From assembly GCA_032160305.1 (NCBI GenBank), contig JAVHVY010000376.1, positions 6,143 to 70,142 of the forward strand: a stretch of 64,000 nt of DNA, written 5' to 3'. The position numbers were made by a program, and so were the translations under genes. The notes under the pieces were generated by a model. It did not search any database and was not told where the DNA came from. It saw only the letters and a program-made list of their open reading frames with translations. Positions 8,459 through 17,653 of this stretch are shown here, in pieces. Origin of the DNA: Actinoplanes sp. GTDB lineage: Bacteria; Actinomycetota; Actinomycetes; Mycobacteriales; Micromonosporaceae. How positions within the stretch are numbered: position 1 is the first letter of the stretch; the number at the start of each line of letters is the position of its first letter.

Positions 8459-9693
8459 CCGACCGGCAGCCGCCACGGCCGTACGACCAGGGCCAGCACC
8501 AGGTTGGCCGCGACCATGCCGCCGGCCACCACCAGGGCCATGGCGACCGCGCTCGCGCCGAGTACGCCGACCACCGGGGCGGCGATCGCGCCGACGCCGA
8601 ACTGGACCGCGCCGAGCAGGGCCGCCGCGGTGCCGGCCGCCTCGCCGTGCCGGGACAGCGCGAGCGCCGGGGCGTTCGGCAACGCGAGCCCGGTGGCGGC
8701 GAGCACCACCCAGAGCGGGATCAGCACGCCGATCAGGCCGCCGAAGCCGGTCGAGGCGTTCAGCAGCAGGGTCAGTCCGGCCACGGCGCCGACCGCCAGC
8801 GCGGTCGTCAGGACCCGGGCCGGCGACCATCGGCGCAGCAGCCGCACGTTGAACTGGGTGGCGGTGATCAGGCCGACCGCGCCGGCGCCGAAGACGAAGC
8901 CGAACTGCCGCTGGCTCATGCCGTACTGCTCCTGGAAGACGAACGAGGAGCCGGAGACGTAGGCGAACAGGGCAGCCATCGCGAGGCCGGCGACGCAGAT
9001 CAGCCCCAGGTACGCCCGGTCGGTGAACAGCCGTCTGTAGTCGCGCAGGGTGCCGGCCACGCCGCCGTTGCGCCGCCGGTCGGCGGGCAGCGTCTCGGGC
9101 AGGAACAGCGTGGTCACCGTCAGGATCGCGATGCCGAACAGAGCGAGCACGACGAAGACGCCGCGCCAGGAGGTCCAGCTCAGGACGATGCCGCCGAGGG
9201 TCGGCGCGAGGATCGGGGCTGCGCCCATCACCAGCATCAGCCGGGAGAACAGCTTGGCGGCGGGCAGGCCGACGAACAGGTCCCGCACGATCGCCATCGC
9301 GACCACCGCGGCGGCCGCCGCGCCCAGGCCCTGCAGCACCCGCAGCGTGCCGAGGACGGCCAGGTTCGGCGCGATCACGCAGAGTACGGAGGCGAGGATA
9401 TGCACGCCGACGCCGATCAGCAGCGGCGTGCGCCGGCCGACCGCGTCGGAGACCGGTCCGACCAGCAACTGGCCCAGGGCCAGCCCGGCCAGGGTGCCGG
9501 TGAGGGTGAGCTGCACGGCGGCGGCGGTGGTCCGCAGGTCGCCGGTGATCGTCGGGAGCGACGGCAGGTACATGTCGATCGTCAGCGGGCCCAGCGCGAT
9601 CAGGAAGCCGAGCACCAGCACGAGGCTCAGCCGCTGGCGGGGCGACATCAGCTCGCCGGGGGATTTCTCGACGCGTTCGGCAACGATGGTCAT
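8455..9693 (-). CDS. Bcr/CflA family multidrug efflux MFS transporter
   Basis: LGPLTIDMYLPSLP, GPVSDAVGRR, RVLQGLG, AIVRD, APILAPTLGG; about 12 hydrophobic segments. Confidence 0.92.
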   Translation of the reverse strand: MTIVAERVEKSPGELMSPRQRLSLVLVLGFLIALGPLTIDMYLPSLPTITGDLRTTAAAVQLTLTGTLAGLALGQLLVGPVSDAVGRRTPLLIGVGVHILASVLCVIAPNLAVLGTLRVLQGLGAAAAAVVAMAIVRDLFVGLPAAKLFSRLMLVMGAAPILAPTLGGIVLSWTSWRGVFVVLALFGIAILTVTTLFLPETLPADRRRNGGVAGTLRDYRRLFTDRAYLGLICVAGLAMAALFAYVSGSSFVFQEQYGMSQRQFGFVFGAGAVGLITATQFNVRLLRRWSPARVLTTALAVGAVAGLTLLLNASTGFGGLIGVLIPLWVVLAATGLALPNAPALALSRHGEAAGTAAALLGAVQFGVGAIAAPVVGVLGASAVAMALVVAGGMVAANLVLALVVRPWRLPVG

Positions 9694-9821
9694 ACCCCGG
9701 ACAAGTGCGCGTCAGCTGCGGGGATTCCCGCGTCGCGCAATGTCGTGCGCCGCGTCACAGCGTACGACAATGGTTTGTTGCAGCCTGGTAAAAGCCCGAC
9801 GCGTCAAGCTGAATGGTGAAA

Positions 9822-11354
9822 TCAGGCTCGCTTCCACCGCTGGTTCACGCTGCCTTTGCAGTCGTAGATGATCAGCTGGGCGCCGTTCGAGGTGTTTCCG
9901 GCCCGGATGTCCACGCACCGGCCGGACACCGGGTTGACCAGCTCACCTGCCGCGTCGAGGACGAACTGCTGGTTGTCCGCCGCGTTGCAGGTGTTGAGCT
10001 GCAGCACCGCGCTGTTGGACGTGGAGGCCTGGGAGACCTCGACGCACAGGTTGTACTTCGTCTGCAGCGCGCCGTTGCTGAACGCCCACTTCTGCGGGTC
10101 GGTGCCGTTGCAGGTGTACATCTGCAGGTCCTGACCGGGGGTGTACTTCCCCGCCGGCACGTCGACGCACTTGCCGTTCAAGGCGCTCACCAGTTGGTTC
10201 CCGCCGGCGGTGGTCAGCGTCAGCCCGTACGCGCTGAGGATCGGGTTGACCGGCTGGAACCAGGTGTTGCCGCCGACCGTGCAGTCGCCGGTGCTGCCCG
10301 ACGCGACACCCTGGGCCTGGTTGCCCGAGAGGAACGAGCCGCCCGAGTCACCCGGCTCGGCGCAGGCCGACGTGCGGCTCAGACCGGTGACCGTGCCCTG
10401 GGAGTACCTGATCGTCTCGTCCCGGCTCTGCAGCGTGCCGCAGCGCCAGCCGGTGGTCTGCCCGGAACGGCAGACCGAGCTGCCGATCGCCGCGTCCGTA
10501 GAGCCGGAGACCAGCACCATTGCCCTGTCGTAGTTGTTCACCCAGGGCTGCGACGTCCAGGTGTTGTCGCCGTCGGCGGTGCGGATGAACGAGTAGTCCT
10601 TGCCCGGGAACACCGAGCCGGCGAAGACGCCCTGGTCGACGCCCGTGTAGCCGGTTGTCTTGTCGCCCTTGCTGCCGCAGTGCCCGGCGCTGACGAAACC
10701 GCCGGCCACGGCGAAGCCGACCGAGCAGTAGTCGGATCCGTTGATCACGTACTGGTCGCCGCCGCGGATGTCGTCGATCGTCTTCGGCTGCTCGGCGTCG
10801 GTCTCGACCTTGACCGTGCCGGCGCCGCTGTCCTTGGCGAACTTCGTCGCGGCGGCCACATCGCCCGGGCTCGCGACGACGACCACGCTGTTGGTCTCGA
10901 CGTCGACGTACCAGCCGTGGATCCCGGCGCCGGCCCTGCCCGCGTTGCGGTCCAACGTGGCGCGGGCCCGGTCCAGCTCGGCCTGGCCGCGCTGCACGAT
11001 CCTCGCGTCCGCACCGCCGGCCCGCACCTCGTCGGCCTGGGCCGGGTCGGTGACGGCCACGGTCAGCTTGTCGGCGCCGTCCGGGATCCAGGCCCCGCCG
11101 TACGCGCTGCCCAGTTCCTTCTTCAGCCTGCGCTGGACCACCGGCGCGCCGGCCTCGGTGGTCAGCCGGGTGGCGATCTCCTCGTCGGTCAGGTTCAGGT
11201 CGCGGCGCATCGCGTCGACCATGCCCGGCGCCAGGTCGAAGCCGGCGCTCGGCGGGGGTGTCGGATCCTCGTCCGCGAAACTGACGAACGGGGTCGATGC
11301 GACCGCGGTGACCGCGACCGCGCCGACGACGATCCATTTCGTACGGAGAGCCAT
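9822..11354 (-). CDS. Secreted S1 serine protease (alpha-lytic/streptogrisin C-like) with prodomain and ricin B lectin domain, paralog 1
   Basis: Signal peptide, pro-region, catalytic triad SAGHC / DYSFI / GDSGG, C-terminal QxW repeats. Confidence 0.92.
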   Translation of the reverse strand: MALRTKWIVVGAVAVTAVASTPFVSFADEDPTPPPSAGFDLAPGMVDAMRRDLNLTDEEIATRLTTEAGAPVVQRRLKKELGSAYGGAWIPDGADKLTVAVTDPAQADEVRAGGADARIVQRGQAELDRARATLDRNAGRAGAGIHGWYVDVETNSVVVVASPGDVAAATKFAKDSGAGTVKVETDAEQPKTIDDIRGGDQYVINGSDYCSVGFAVAGGFVSAGHCGSKGDKTTGYTGVDQGVFAGSVFPGKDYSFIRTADGDNTWTSQPWVNNYDRAMVLVSGSTDAAIGSSVCRSGQTTGWRCGTLQSRDETIRYSQGTVTGLSRTSACAEPGDSGGSFLSGNQAQGVASGSTGDCTVGGNTWFQPVNPILSAYGLTLTTAGGNQLVSALNGKCVDVPAGKYTPGQDLQMYTCNGTDPQKWAFSNGALQTKYNLCVEVSQASTSNSAVLQLNTCNAADNQQFVLDAAGELVNPVSGRCVDIRAGNTSNGAQLIIYDCKGSVNQRWKRA

Positions 11355-11506
11355 GCTGAGGTCCTTTCGGACACACCGGTGACGCGCCCACCGGCCGCGA
11401 GCGCGTCACTCTGGTGATTTCACTGTCGGGAGACAGATATCGGAGTCTTGCGATCTGTTCCGGCAGTGTCAACCGAACGATCAGCCACGAATCGGCCGCG
11501 AAGGGA

Positions 11507-13057
11507 TCAGCCGCGCCGCCATTTCTGGATCGCCGCGCCCGTGCAGTCCCAGGTTTGCAGCACCGCGCCGTCGTTGCCGTTCCAGTCCTTGATGTCCAGA
11601 CACTTGTTGGCCTGCGGGTTTATCAAGTCACTGGCGGCGGACAGCACCCATTGCTGGGCGGCGTTGCCGCTGCAGCCGACGATCTGAACGGCGGCGCCTC
11701 TGGCAGTCGAGGCCCCCGCCACGTCCATGCATTTGTTGTTCGACGTGACTAGTTGACCGCCGGTCGCCGTCCACTTCTGAGCGTTGGTGCCGTTGCAGCC
11801 CCACATTTGCAGCCGTACGCCGTCGGAGAAATTGGCGTTCGGCACGTCTACGCACTTGTTGTTCCAATTGCTCAGGATCGCGTTGCCGCCCCCGCCGCCA
11901 CCGCTCGTGGTCAGCGACAGGCCGTACGTGCCGAGGATCTCGTTCACCGGCTGGAACCACATCGTGCCCCCGGAGCTGCAGTTGCCGGTGCCGCCGGAGG
12001 TGACGCCCTGGGCCTGGTTGCCGGAGATCCACGAGCCGCCGGAGTCGCCCGGCTCGGCGCACGCGTTACTGCGCGACAGGCCGGAGACGGCGCCCTGCGA
12101 GTAGACGACGGTCTCGTTGCGGCCCAGGATCGTGCCGCAGCGCCACCCGGTGGTACGCCCGGATCGGCAGACCGAGCTGCCGATCGCGGCGTCCGTCGAG
12201 CCGGCCACCAGCACGTTGCCGCCCGAGTAGTTGTTGACCCACGGCTGCGGCGTCCATGAGCCGTTGGTGCGGATCCAGGAGAAGTCGTTGCCGGGGAACT
12301 GCGACGCGGCGAAGGTGCCCTGGGCGACGTTGTTGTAGCCGAGGGTGGGACTGCCCGCGCCACCGCAGTGGCCGGCGCTGACGAATCCGCCGGCGACCGC
12401 GAAGCCGATCGAGCAGAGCGTGTTGCCGTTGATCACGTACTGGTCGCCGCCGCGGATGTCGTACATCGGCCGGGGCTGTTCGGCACTGCTCCGCACGGTG
12501 ACGGCCCCGGCGCCGCTGTCGCGGGCGAACGTCGCCGCCGCCGCGGTGCCGCCGGGCTTGGCCAGGACCACCACGCTGTTGGTCTCGACGTCGACGTACC
12601 AGCCGCGTACGCCCGCGTCTCTCGCCGTGCTCGCGTGCCGGTCCATCGCCGAGCGGGCCGCGTCGAGCTCGGCCTGGCCACGCTTGACGACCTTGACGTC
12701 GGCGCCCTCGGCGTGGACCCGGGCGCCCTGTTTGGCGTCGGTGACCGCGACGGTCAGCCGGCTCCCGCCGGCGGGAATCCAGGCGCCGGCGTAGGCCTTG
12801 CCGAGCTGGCGCAGGAGCCGTCGCTGGACGACCGGGGCGGCGGCCTCGGCGGCGAGCCGGGCGGCGATCTGGTCGTCGGTGAGTTTCAGGTCGCGGCGCA
12901 GCGCGGCCAGCATGCCGGGCGCCATGTCGAAGCGGGAGTTGCCGGCCGCGGTGGGTGCGGCCGGCGCCGGACCGTTGGCGTAGCTGAACTGAGCTGTGAG
13001 GCAGACGGTGGTGGCGGCCACCGCGCCGACCACCAGCCAGCGCGCAGGACGGGGCAT
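11507..13057 (-). CDS. Secreted S1 serine protease with prodomain and ricin B lectin domain, paralog 2
   Basis: ATG 13057 (MPRPARWLVV), triad SAGHC / DFSWI / GDSGG, Gly linker, ricin repeats. Confidence 0.93.
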   Translation of the reverse strand: MPRPARWLVVGAVAATTVCLTAQFSYANGPAPAAPTAAGNSRFDMAPGMLAALRRDLKLTDDQIAARLAAEAAAPVVQRRLLRQLGKAYAGAWIPAGGSRLTVAVTDAKQGARVHAEGADVKVVKRGQAELDAARSAMDRHASTARDAGVRGWYVDVETNSVVVLAKPGGTAAAATFARDSGAGAVTVRSSAEQPRPMYDIRGGDQYVINGNTLCSIGFAVAGGFVSAGHCGGAGSPTLGYNNVAQGTFAASQFPGNDFSWIRTNGSWTPQPWVNNYSGGNVLVAGSTDAAIGSSVCRSGRTTGWRCGTILGRNETVVYSQGAVSGLSRSNACAEPGDSGGSWISGNQAQGVTSGGTGNCSSGGTMWFQPVNEILGTYGLSLTTSGGGGGGNAILSNWNNKCVDVPNANFSDGVRLQMWGCNGTNAQKWTATGGQLVTSNNKCMDVAGASTARGAAVQIVGCSGNAAQQWVLSAASDLINPQANKCLDIKDWNGNDGAVLQTWDCTGAAIQKWRRG

Positions 13058-13140
13058 GTCGTTCCTTCCGCGCACGCTCGCGCGGGGCGTCCGGGACGGG
13101 GACGGGACGCGCCGGGCGTGCTGACTTGGGGGAGTCAGGG

Positions 13141-13158
13141 AAGGAGAGCGCTCTCCTT
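13141..13158. promoter_or_regulatory. Perfect 18-bp palindrome, LacI-type operator candidate upstream of the protease pair
   Basis: AAGGAGAGCGCTCTCCTT; shares the GAGCGCTC core with the CelR/CebR box TGGGAGCGCTCCCA. Confidence 0.6.
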
Positions 13159-13406
13159 ATCGAAGTCTGTCGATACTCGTTAACACTGTCAAGAAATCGC
13201 ACCGATTTGTTTCTGCCGTGTGCGCAGGGTGACTTCCCTGCCGCGTGCTAGATTGGGCCCGTTGCCGCTCTCGTACCAAATATTTGCCAGCGCCTGGTGG
13301 GTATCTGAACCCACCGGGCGTTTGTCGTCTCTGGTGGCCCAGACTCGCGGGCGGTGACCGGGATCCGCGCGGTGCGGATCTCCGCGGTTTTTTGAGAGGG
13401 TTCGAC

Positions 13407-13610
13407 ATGGCTGTCGGCACAGTGAAGTGGTTCAACGCGGACAAGGGCTTCGGCTTCATCACCCAGGACGGCGGTGCGCCGGACGTGTTCGCCCACTTCT
13501 CGGCCATCGCCGCGGACGGGTACCGCAGTCTCGAGGAGAACCAGCGCGTCGAGTTCGACGTCGAGCAGGGTCAGAAGGGCCCGCAGGCCAAGAACATCCG
13601 GCTGATCTGA
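13407..13610 (+). CDS. cspA: Cold-shock protein, 67 aa
   Basis: [18 protein letters not shown]...DVFAHFSAI (RNP1/RNP2 motifs); RBS GAGAGGG. Confidence 0.95.
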   Translation: MAVGTVKWFNADKGFGFITQDGGAPDVFAHFSAIAADGYRSLEENQRVEFDVEQGQKGPQAKNIRLI

Positions 13611-13627
13611 CGTAGTACCAAGCGTGC

Positions 13628-13656
13628 GGGGGTCGTGGCCGATGGTCACGGCCCCC
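13628..13656 (+). terminator. Hairpin downstream of csp
   Basis: GGGGGTCGTGGCC-GAT-GGTCACGGCCCCC, 13-bp stem with two G-U pairs; no U tract. Confidence 0.5.
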
Positions 13657-13680
13657 GACCGTGTCCGCCCCCCGACAGAG

Positions 13681-14424
13681 ATGAGCGGTGTGAAGACGCA
13701 ATCCGGAGCTCCCTACGCGGCAACCACGCACAGCCCGCTGCAGCGGCGCCTGCTGCGCAACGCCTCCTTCCCGCCCCGCCAGGCCCAGCAGGACTCGCTG
13801 CGGCTGCGGGCGGTGCCGCTGGTGCCCGAGATCGATCTCTTCCTCGCCGAGGACCCGGTGCTGCTCTGGGCCCGCCTCGAAGCCGACGCCCACGGCAGCC
13901 TGACCGCCCCGTTCTGGGCCACGGCCTGGACCGGCGGCCAGGCGCTCGCCCGCTACGTGCTGGACAATCCGGAACTCCTCGCCGGCCGCAAGGTTCTCGA
14001 CGTGGCCTCCGGCTCCGGGCTGGTCGCCATCGCCGCCGCCCTGGCCGGCGCGGCCGAGGTCATCGCCAACGACATCGACGAGTACGCCATCGAGGCGCTG
14101 CGCGCGAACGCGAACGCCAACGGCACCCGGATCCACCCCGACGCCCGCGACCTGACCGACGGCGACGGCGGCGACGCCGAGGTGATCCTGGTCGGCGACT
14201 GCCTCTACAGCGCCGAACTGGCCGCCCGGGTGCTGCCGTTCGTGGCCCGCGCCCAGTCCCGCGGCGCGACCGTGCTGCTCGGCGACCCCGGCCGCGGCTT
14301 CACGCCTTCCCACCTGCTCGAAACACTGGCGACCTATCATTTGCCTGCGATGGGTATCGCGGAGGACGGCCAGCACGAACGGGCAAGCGTGTTGACCCCG
14401 GTGAGCACGGTCGCGGTCGGGTAG
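13681..14424 (+). CDS. Class I SAM-dependent methyltransferase (lysine methyltransferase / Methyltransf_16-like)
   Basis: PFWATAWTGGQALARY, SAM motif VLDVASGSGLVAIAA, ILVGDCLY, LGDPGR. Start uncertain. Confidence 0.8.
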   Translation: MSGVKTQSGAPYAATTHSPLQRRLLRNASFPPRQAQQDSLRLRAVPLVPEIDLFLAEDPVLLWARLEADAHGSLTAPFWATAWTGGQALARYVLDNPELLAGRKVLDVASGSGLVAIAAALAGAAEVIANDIDEYAIEALRANANANGTRIHPDARDLTDGDGGDAEVILVGDCLYSAELAARVLPFVARAQSRGATVLLGDPGRGFTPSHLLETLATYHLPAMGIAEDGQHERASVLTPVSTVAVG

Positions 14425-14514
14425 CGGCCCGGCTGGTCGCCGTTGCCCGGCCGACGTGTCAGGCTGAGGCGCGGGCCCTCGGCGGGCGACGATCGATGGG
14501 CGGCGGTAGTGGGG

Positions 14515-15681
14515 ATGATCAAGGTTGTCGGACTGGTCCTGCATCCGCGACGCGACTGCGGGTCGGCGATCGACGCCATCGTCGCCTGGGCCGATTCCCG
14601 CGAGGTGACCGTCCTCGGCCTGCACGACGAGATCACCCGGATCGACTGCGACGCCGTCGCCGTCTCGGCCGAGGAGATGGTCGAGCGCGCCGGGCTGCTG
14701 GTCAGCCTGGGCGGCGACGGCACCATGCTGCGCACGATGCGGCTGGTCGAGGGCCGCAAGACGCCGGTGCTCGGCGTCAACATCGGCCGGCTCGGCTTCC
14801 TCGCCGAGGTCAACCTGCCCGACCTGGCGCAGGCGCTGTCCTCGATCGATCAGCACCAATTCATCACCGAGTCGCGTACGGCGGTGCGCACGGTGCTGCC
14901 CGACGGCCAGGACGTGTCGGCGTTCAACGACATCGCCCTGGTCCGGGTGCCCGGCGACGGGCTGGCCAACGTCGGCATCACCGTCGAGGGCAGCAAGTTC
15001 GTCAACTACGCCGCCGACGCGGTGATCGTCGCCACGCCGACCGGCTCGACCGCGTACAGCTTCTCGGCCGGCGGACCGATCGTCTCGCCGAACGTCGAGG
15101 GACTGCTGGTCAGCGCAGCCGCCGCGCACTCCTCGTTCAACCGGTCGCTGATGCTCTCGATGGACGAGCGACTGGAGCTGGACGTACTGCCGACCAGCGG
15201 CCGGCTCGCCGTCGAGGTGGACGGCATCATCCAGGGCTACGTCACCGGCGGCGACCGGCTGGTGATCACCCCGATCCCGACCGCCGCCCTGGTGATCCGG
15301 CTCGGCGCCACCTCGTTCTACGAGCGGGCCCGGCGCAAGCTGCGGGTCGAGGGCAGCGCCCAGATCCCGTCCGGCGACGCCGCCGACGCGACCGTCGTGG
15401 ACAGCTTCGAGCAGCAGCGCTACGAGATCCTGCTCGGCGGCGAGGTGGCCGGGGTGCTGCACTACCGGCGGCACGGCCTCGGCGTCGATCTGATGCACAC
15501 CGAGATCGACCAGTCGTTCGAGGGCCGCGGGCTGGCCAGCCGGCTGGCCGCCGCCGCACTCGACGACGCCCGCCGGCGGGCCTCACCGGTGACGGTGACC
15601 TGCCCGTTCGTCAGCGGTTACATCGAGCGCCACCCGGAATTCCAGGATCTGGTGGCCGGAGAACGGAGGACTTCCGGATGA
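14515..15681 (+). CDS. NAD(+) kinase fused to a C-terminal YjdJ-like GNAT domain
   Basis: LGGDGT, GVNIGRLGFL, FND, ATPTGSTAYSFSAGGP; C-terminal HTEID...EGRGLASRL...TCPFV. Confidence 0.88.
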   Translation: MIKVVGLVLHPRRDCGSAIDAIVAWADSREVTVLGLHDEITRIDCDAVAVSAEEMVERAGLLVSLGGDGTMLRTMRLVEGRKTPVLGVNIGRLGFLAEVNLPDLAQALSSIDQHQFITESRTAVRTVLPDGQDVSAFNDIALVRVPGDGLANVGITVEGSKFVNYAADAVIVATPTGSTAYSFSAGGPIVSPNVEGLLVSAAAAHSSFNRSLMLSMDERLELDVLPTSGRLAVEVDGIIQGYVTGGDRLVITPIPTAALVIRLGATSFYERARRKLRVEGSAQIPSGDAADATVVDSFEQQRYEILLGGEVAGVLHYRRHGLGVDLMHTEIDQSFEGRGLASRLAAAALDDARRRASPVTVTCPFVSGYIERHPEFQDLVAGERRTSG

Positions 15682-15971
15682 GCGACAGCGTCTGCGCCCA
15701 CCTCGACCAGGTCGAGGACGTCACCCCGTCCGGCGACGGCTGCGTCGAGTGTCTCGAAACCGGCGACCGCTGGGTGCACCTGCGGCTCTGCATGACCTGC
15801 GGGCACGTCGGGTGCTGCGACTCCTCGCCCAACAGGCACGCCACCGCGCACTACCACGCCGAGGACCACCTGCTGGTCACCTCGTACGAGCCGGGCGAGG
15901 ACTGGTGGTGGTGCTACGCCGACGACGTGGCCTTCGAGGTCGCGCACGCCAAGACCTACTCCCATAGCTGA
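15678..15971 (+). CDS. UBP-type zinc finger protein, 97 aa
   Basis: CAHL...CVEC...HLRLCMTCGHVGCCDSSPNRHATAH...WWWCY; ATGA overlap with the NAD kinase stop. Confidence 0.88.
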   Translation: MSDSVCAHLDQVEDVTPSGDGCVECLETGDRWVHLRLCMTCGHVGCCDSSPNRHATAHYHAEDHLLVTSYEPGEDWWWCYADDVAFEVAHAKTYSHS

Positions 15972-15994
15972 ACCTGCAAAGCTGAGGACTCTTC

Positions 15995-17653
15995 ATGGGC
16001 CAGCCCGCGATCCTGACCGTCGACGACGATGCTTCCGTCTCCCGCGCCATCGCCCGTGACCTGCGCCGCCGGTACGGCGCCGACTACCGCGTCATCCGCG
16101 CCTCCGCCGCCGCCGAGGCCCTGGAAGCGCTACGCGAGATCAAGCTGCGCGGCGGCCGGGTCGCCGTGCTGCTCGCCGACTACCGGATGCCGCAGATGAA
16201 CGGCATCGAATTCCTCGAACAGGCGATGGATCTGTTCCCGCACGCCCGTCGCGCGCTGCTCACCGCCTACGCGGACACCGACGCGGCGATCTCGGCGATC
16301 AACATCGTCGACGTCGACCACTACCTGCTCAAACCCTGGGACCCGCCGGAGGAGAAGCTCTACCCGGTGATCGACGCCCTGCTGGACGCCTGGCAGGCCA
16401 CCGGCGACCGGGAGCTCGAGAACATCCGGGTGGTCGGGCACCGATGGAGCGAGCCGTCGTACCAGATCCGCGACTTCCTCGCCCGCAACCTGGTGCCGTA
16501 CCGCTGGTACGCGGCCGACGACCCGGAGGGCCGCCGGCTGCTCGACGCCGCCGGAGTCGGTCCCGAGTCGATCCCGCTGGTGGTGACCGCCGACGGCCGG
16601 GCGATGTCGCAGCCGACCAATTCCGAGGTCGCCGAGGCGGCCGGGCTGTCGGTCGCCCCGGAACGCGACTTCTACGATCTGATCATCGTCGGCGGCGGCC
16701 CGGCCGGCCTCGGCGCCGCCGTCTACGGCGCCTCCGAAGGGCTCAAGACCCTGATGGTCGAACGCCAGGCCGTCGGCGGCCAGGCCGGGCAGAGCTCCCG
16801 GATCGAGAACTACCTGGGCTTCCCGGACGGCATCTCCGGCGCCCAGCTCACCGACCGGGCCCGCCGGCAGGCCGGCAAGTTCTCCGCGGAGGTGCTGAAC
16901 ACCCGCGAGGTGACCGGGCTGCGTACGGACGGCTCGGCCCGGACGCTGACCTTCGACGACGGCGGCGAGGTCTCCGCGCACTCGATCCTGCTGGCCACCG
17001 GGGTCGCGTACCGGCCGCTGGTGGCGGACGGGATCGCCGCGCTGACCGGCTCGGGCGTGTACTACGGCTCGGCCTCCACCGAGGGCCCGTCCTGCGCGGG
17101 CAGCGACGTCTACATCATCGGCGGGGCCAACTCGGCCGGCCAGGCGGCACTGTTCTTCTCCCGCTACGCCCGCAGCGTCACCCTGCTGGTGCGCGGCGGG
17201 TCGCTTGAGGCGTCGATGTCGTACTACCTGATCCAGCAGCTCAACCAGATCGACAACGTGCACATCCGGACCCGGTGCGAGGTGCTCAGCGCGCAGGGCG
17301 ACGGTCACCTGCAGGCGATCACCATCTGCGACGGCAAGAACGGCATGGAGACGACCGTCGAGTGCGGATACCTGTTCGTCTTCATCGGCGCCGAGCCGCG
17401 CACGGACTGGCTGGGCCGCACCGTGGCGCGCGACGAGAAGGGCTTCGTCTACACCGGGCCGGATCTGCTGACAAACGGAACCCGTCCGGCGGGATGGGAT
17501 CGAGACCGCGATCCGTTCTACTTGGAGTGCAGTGTTCCCGGCATCTTTGCCGCCGGCGACGTCCGGGCCAACTCGGTGAAACGGGTGGCCTCGGCGGTCG
17601 GCGAGGGCGCGATGGCCGTCACGCTGGTCCATCGTTATCTGGAGGCGCAATGA
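15995..17653 (+). CDS. Response-regulator receiver fused to a thioredoxin-reductase-like FAD oxidoreductase lacking CxxC
   Basis: REC: VDDD, ADYRMP, LLTAY, LLKPW. Flavoprotein: GGGPAG, GGANSAGQAA, GIFAAGDVR. CxxC position reads YYGSASTEG. Confidence 0.93.
   Translation: MGQPAILTVDDDASVSRAIARDLRRRYGADYRVIRASAAAEALEALREIKLRGGRVAVLLADYRMPQMNGIEFLEQAMDLFPHARRALLTAYADTDAAISAINIVDVDHYLLKPWDPPEEKLYPVIDALLDAWQATGDRELENIRVVGHRWSEPSYQIRDFLARNLVPYRWYAADDPEGRRLLDAAGVGPESIPLVVTADGRAMSQPTNSEVAEAAGLSVAPERDFYDLIIVGGGPAGLGAAVYGASEGLKTLMVERQAVGGQAGQSSRIENYLGFPDGISGAQLTDRARRQAGKFSAEVLNTREVTGLRTDGSARTLTFDDGGEVSAHSILLATGVAYRPLVADGIAALTGSGVYYGSASTEGPSCAGSDVYIIGGANSAGQAALFFSRYARSVTLLVRGGSLEASMSYYLIQQLNQIDNVHIRTRCEVLSAQGDGHLQAITICDGKNGMETTVECGYLFVFIGAEPRTDWLGRTVARDEKGFVYTGPDLLTNGTRPAGWDRDRDPFYLECSVPGIFAAGDVRANSVKRVASAVGEGAMAVTLVHRYLEAQ

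Noticed and set aside
15995-17653. Housekeeping trxB
   Set aside because: No CxxC and an N-terminal receiver domain; gene symbol withheld.
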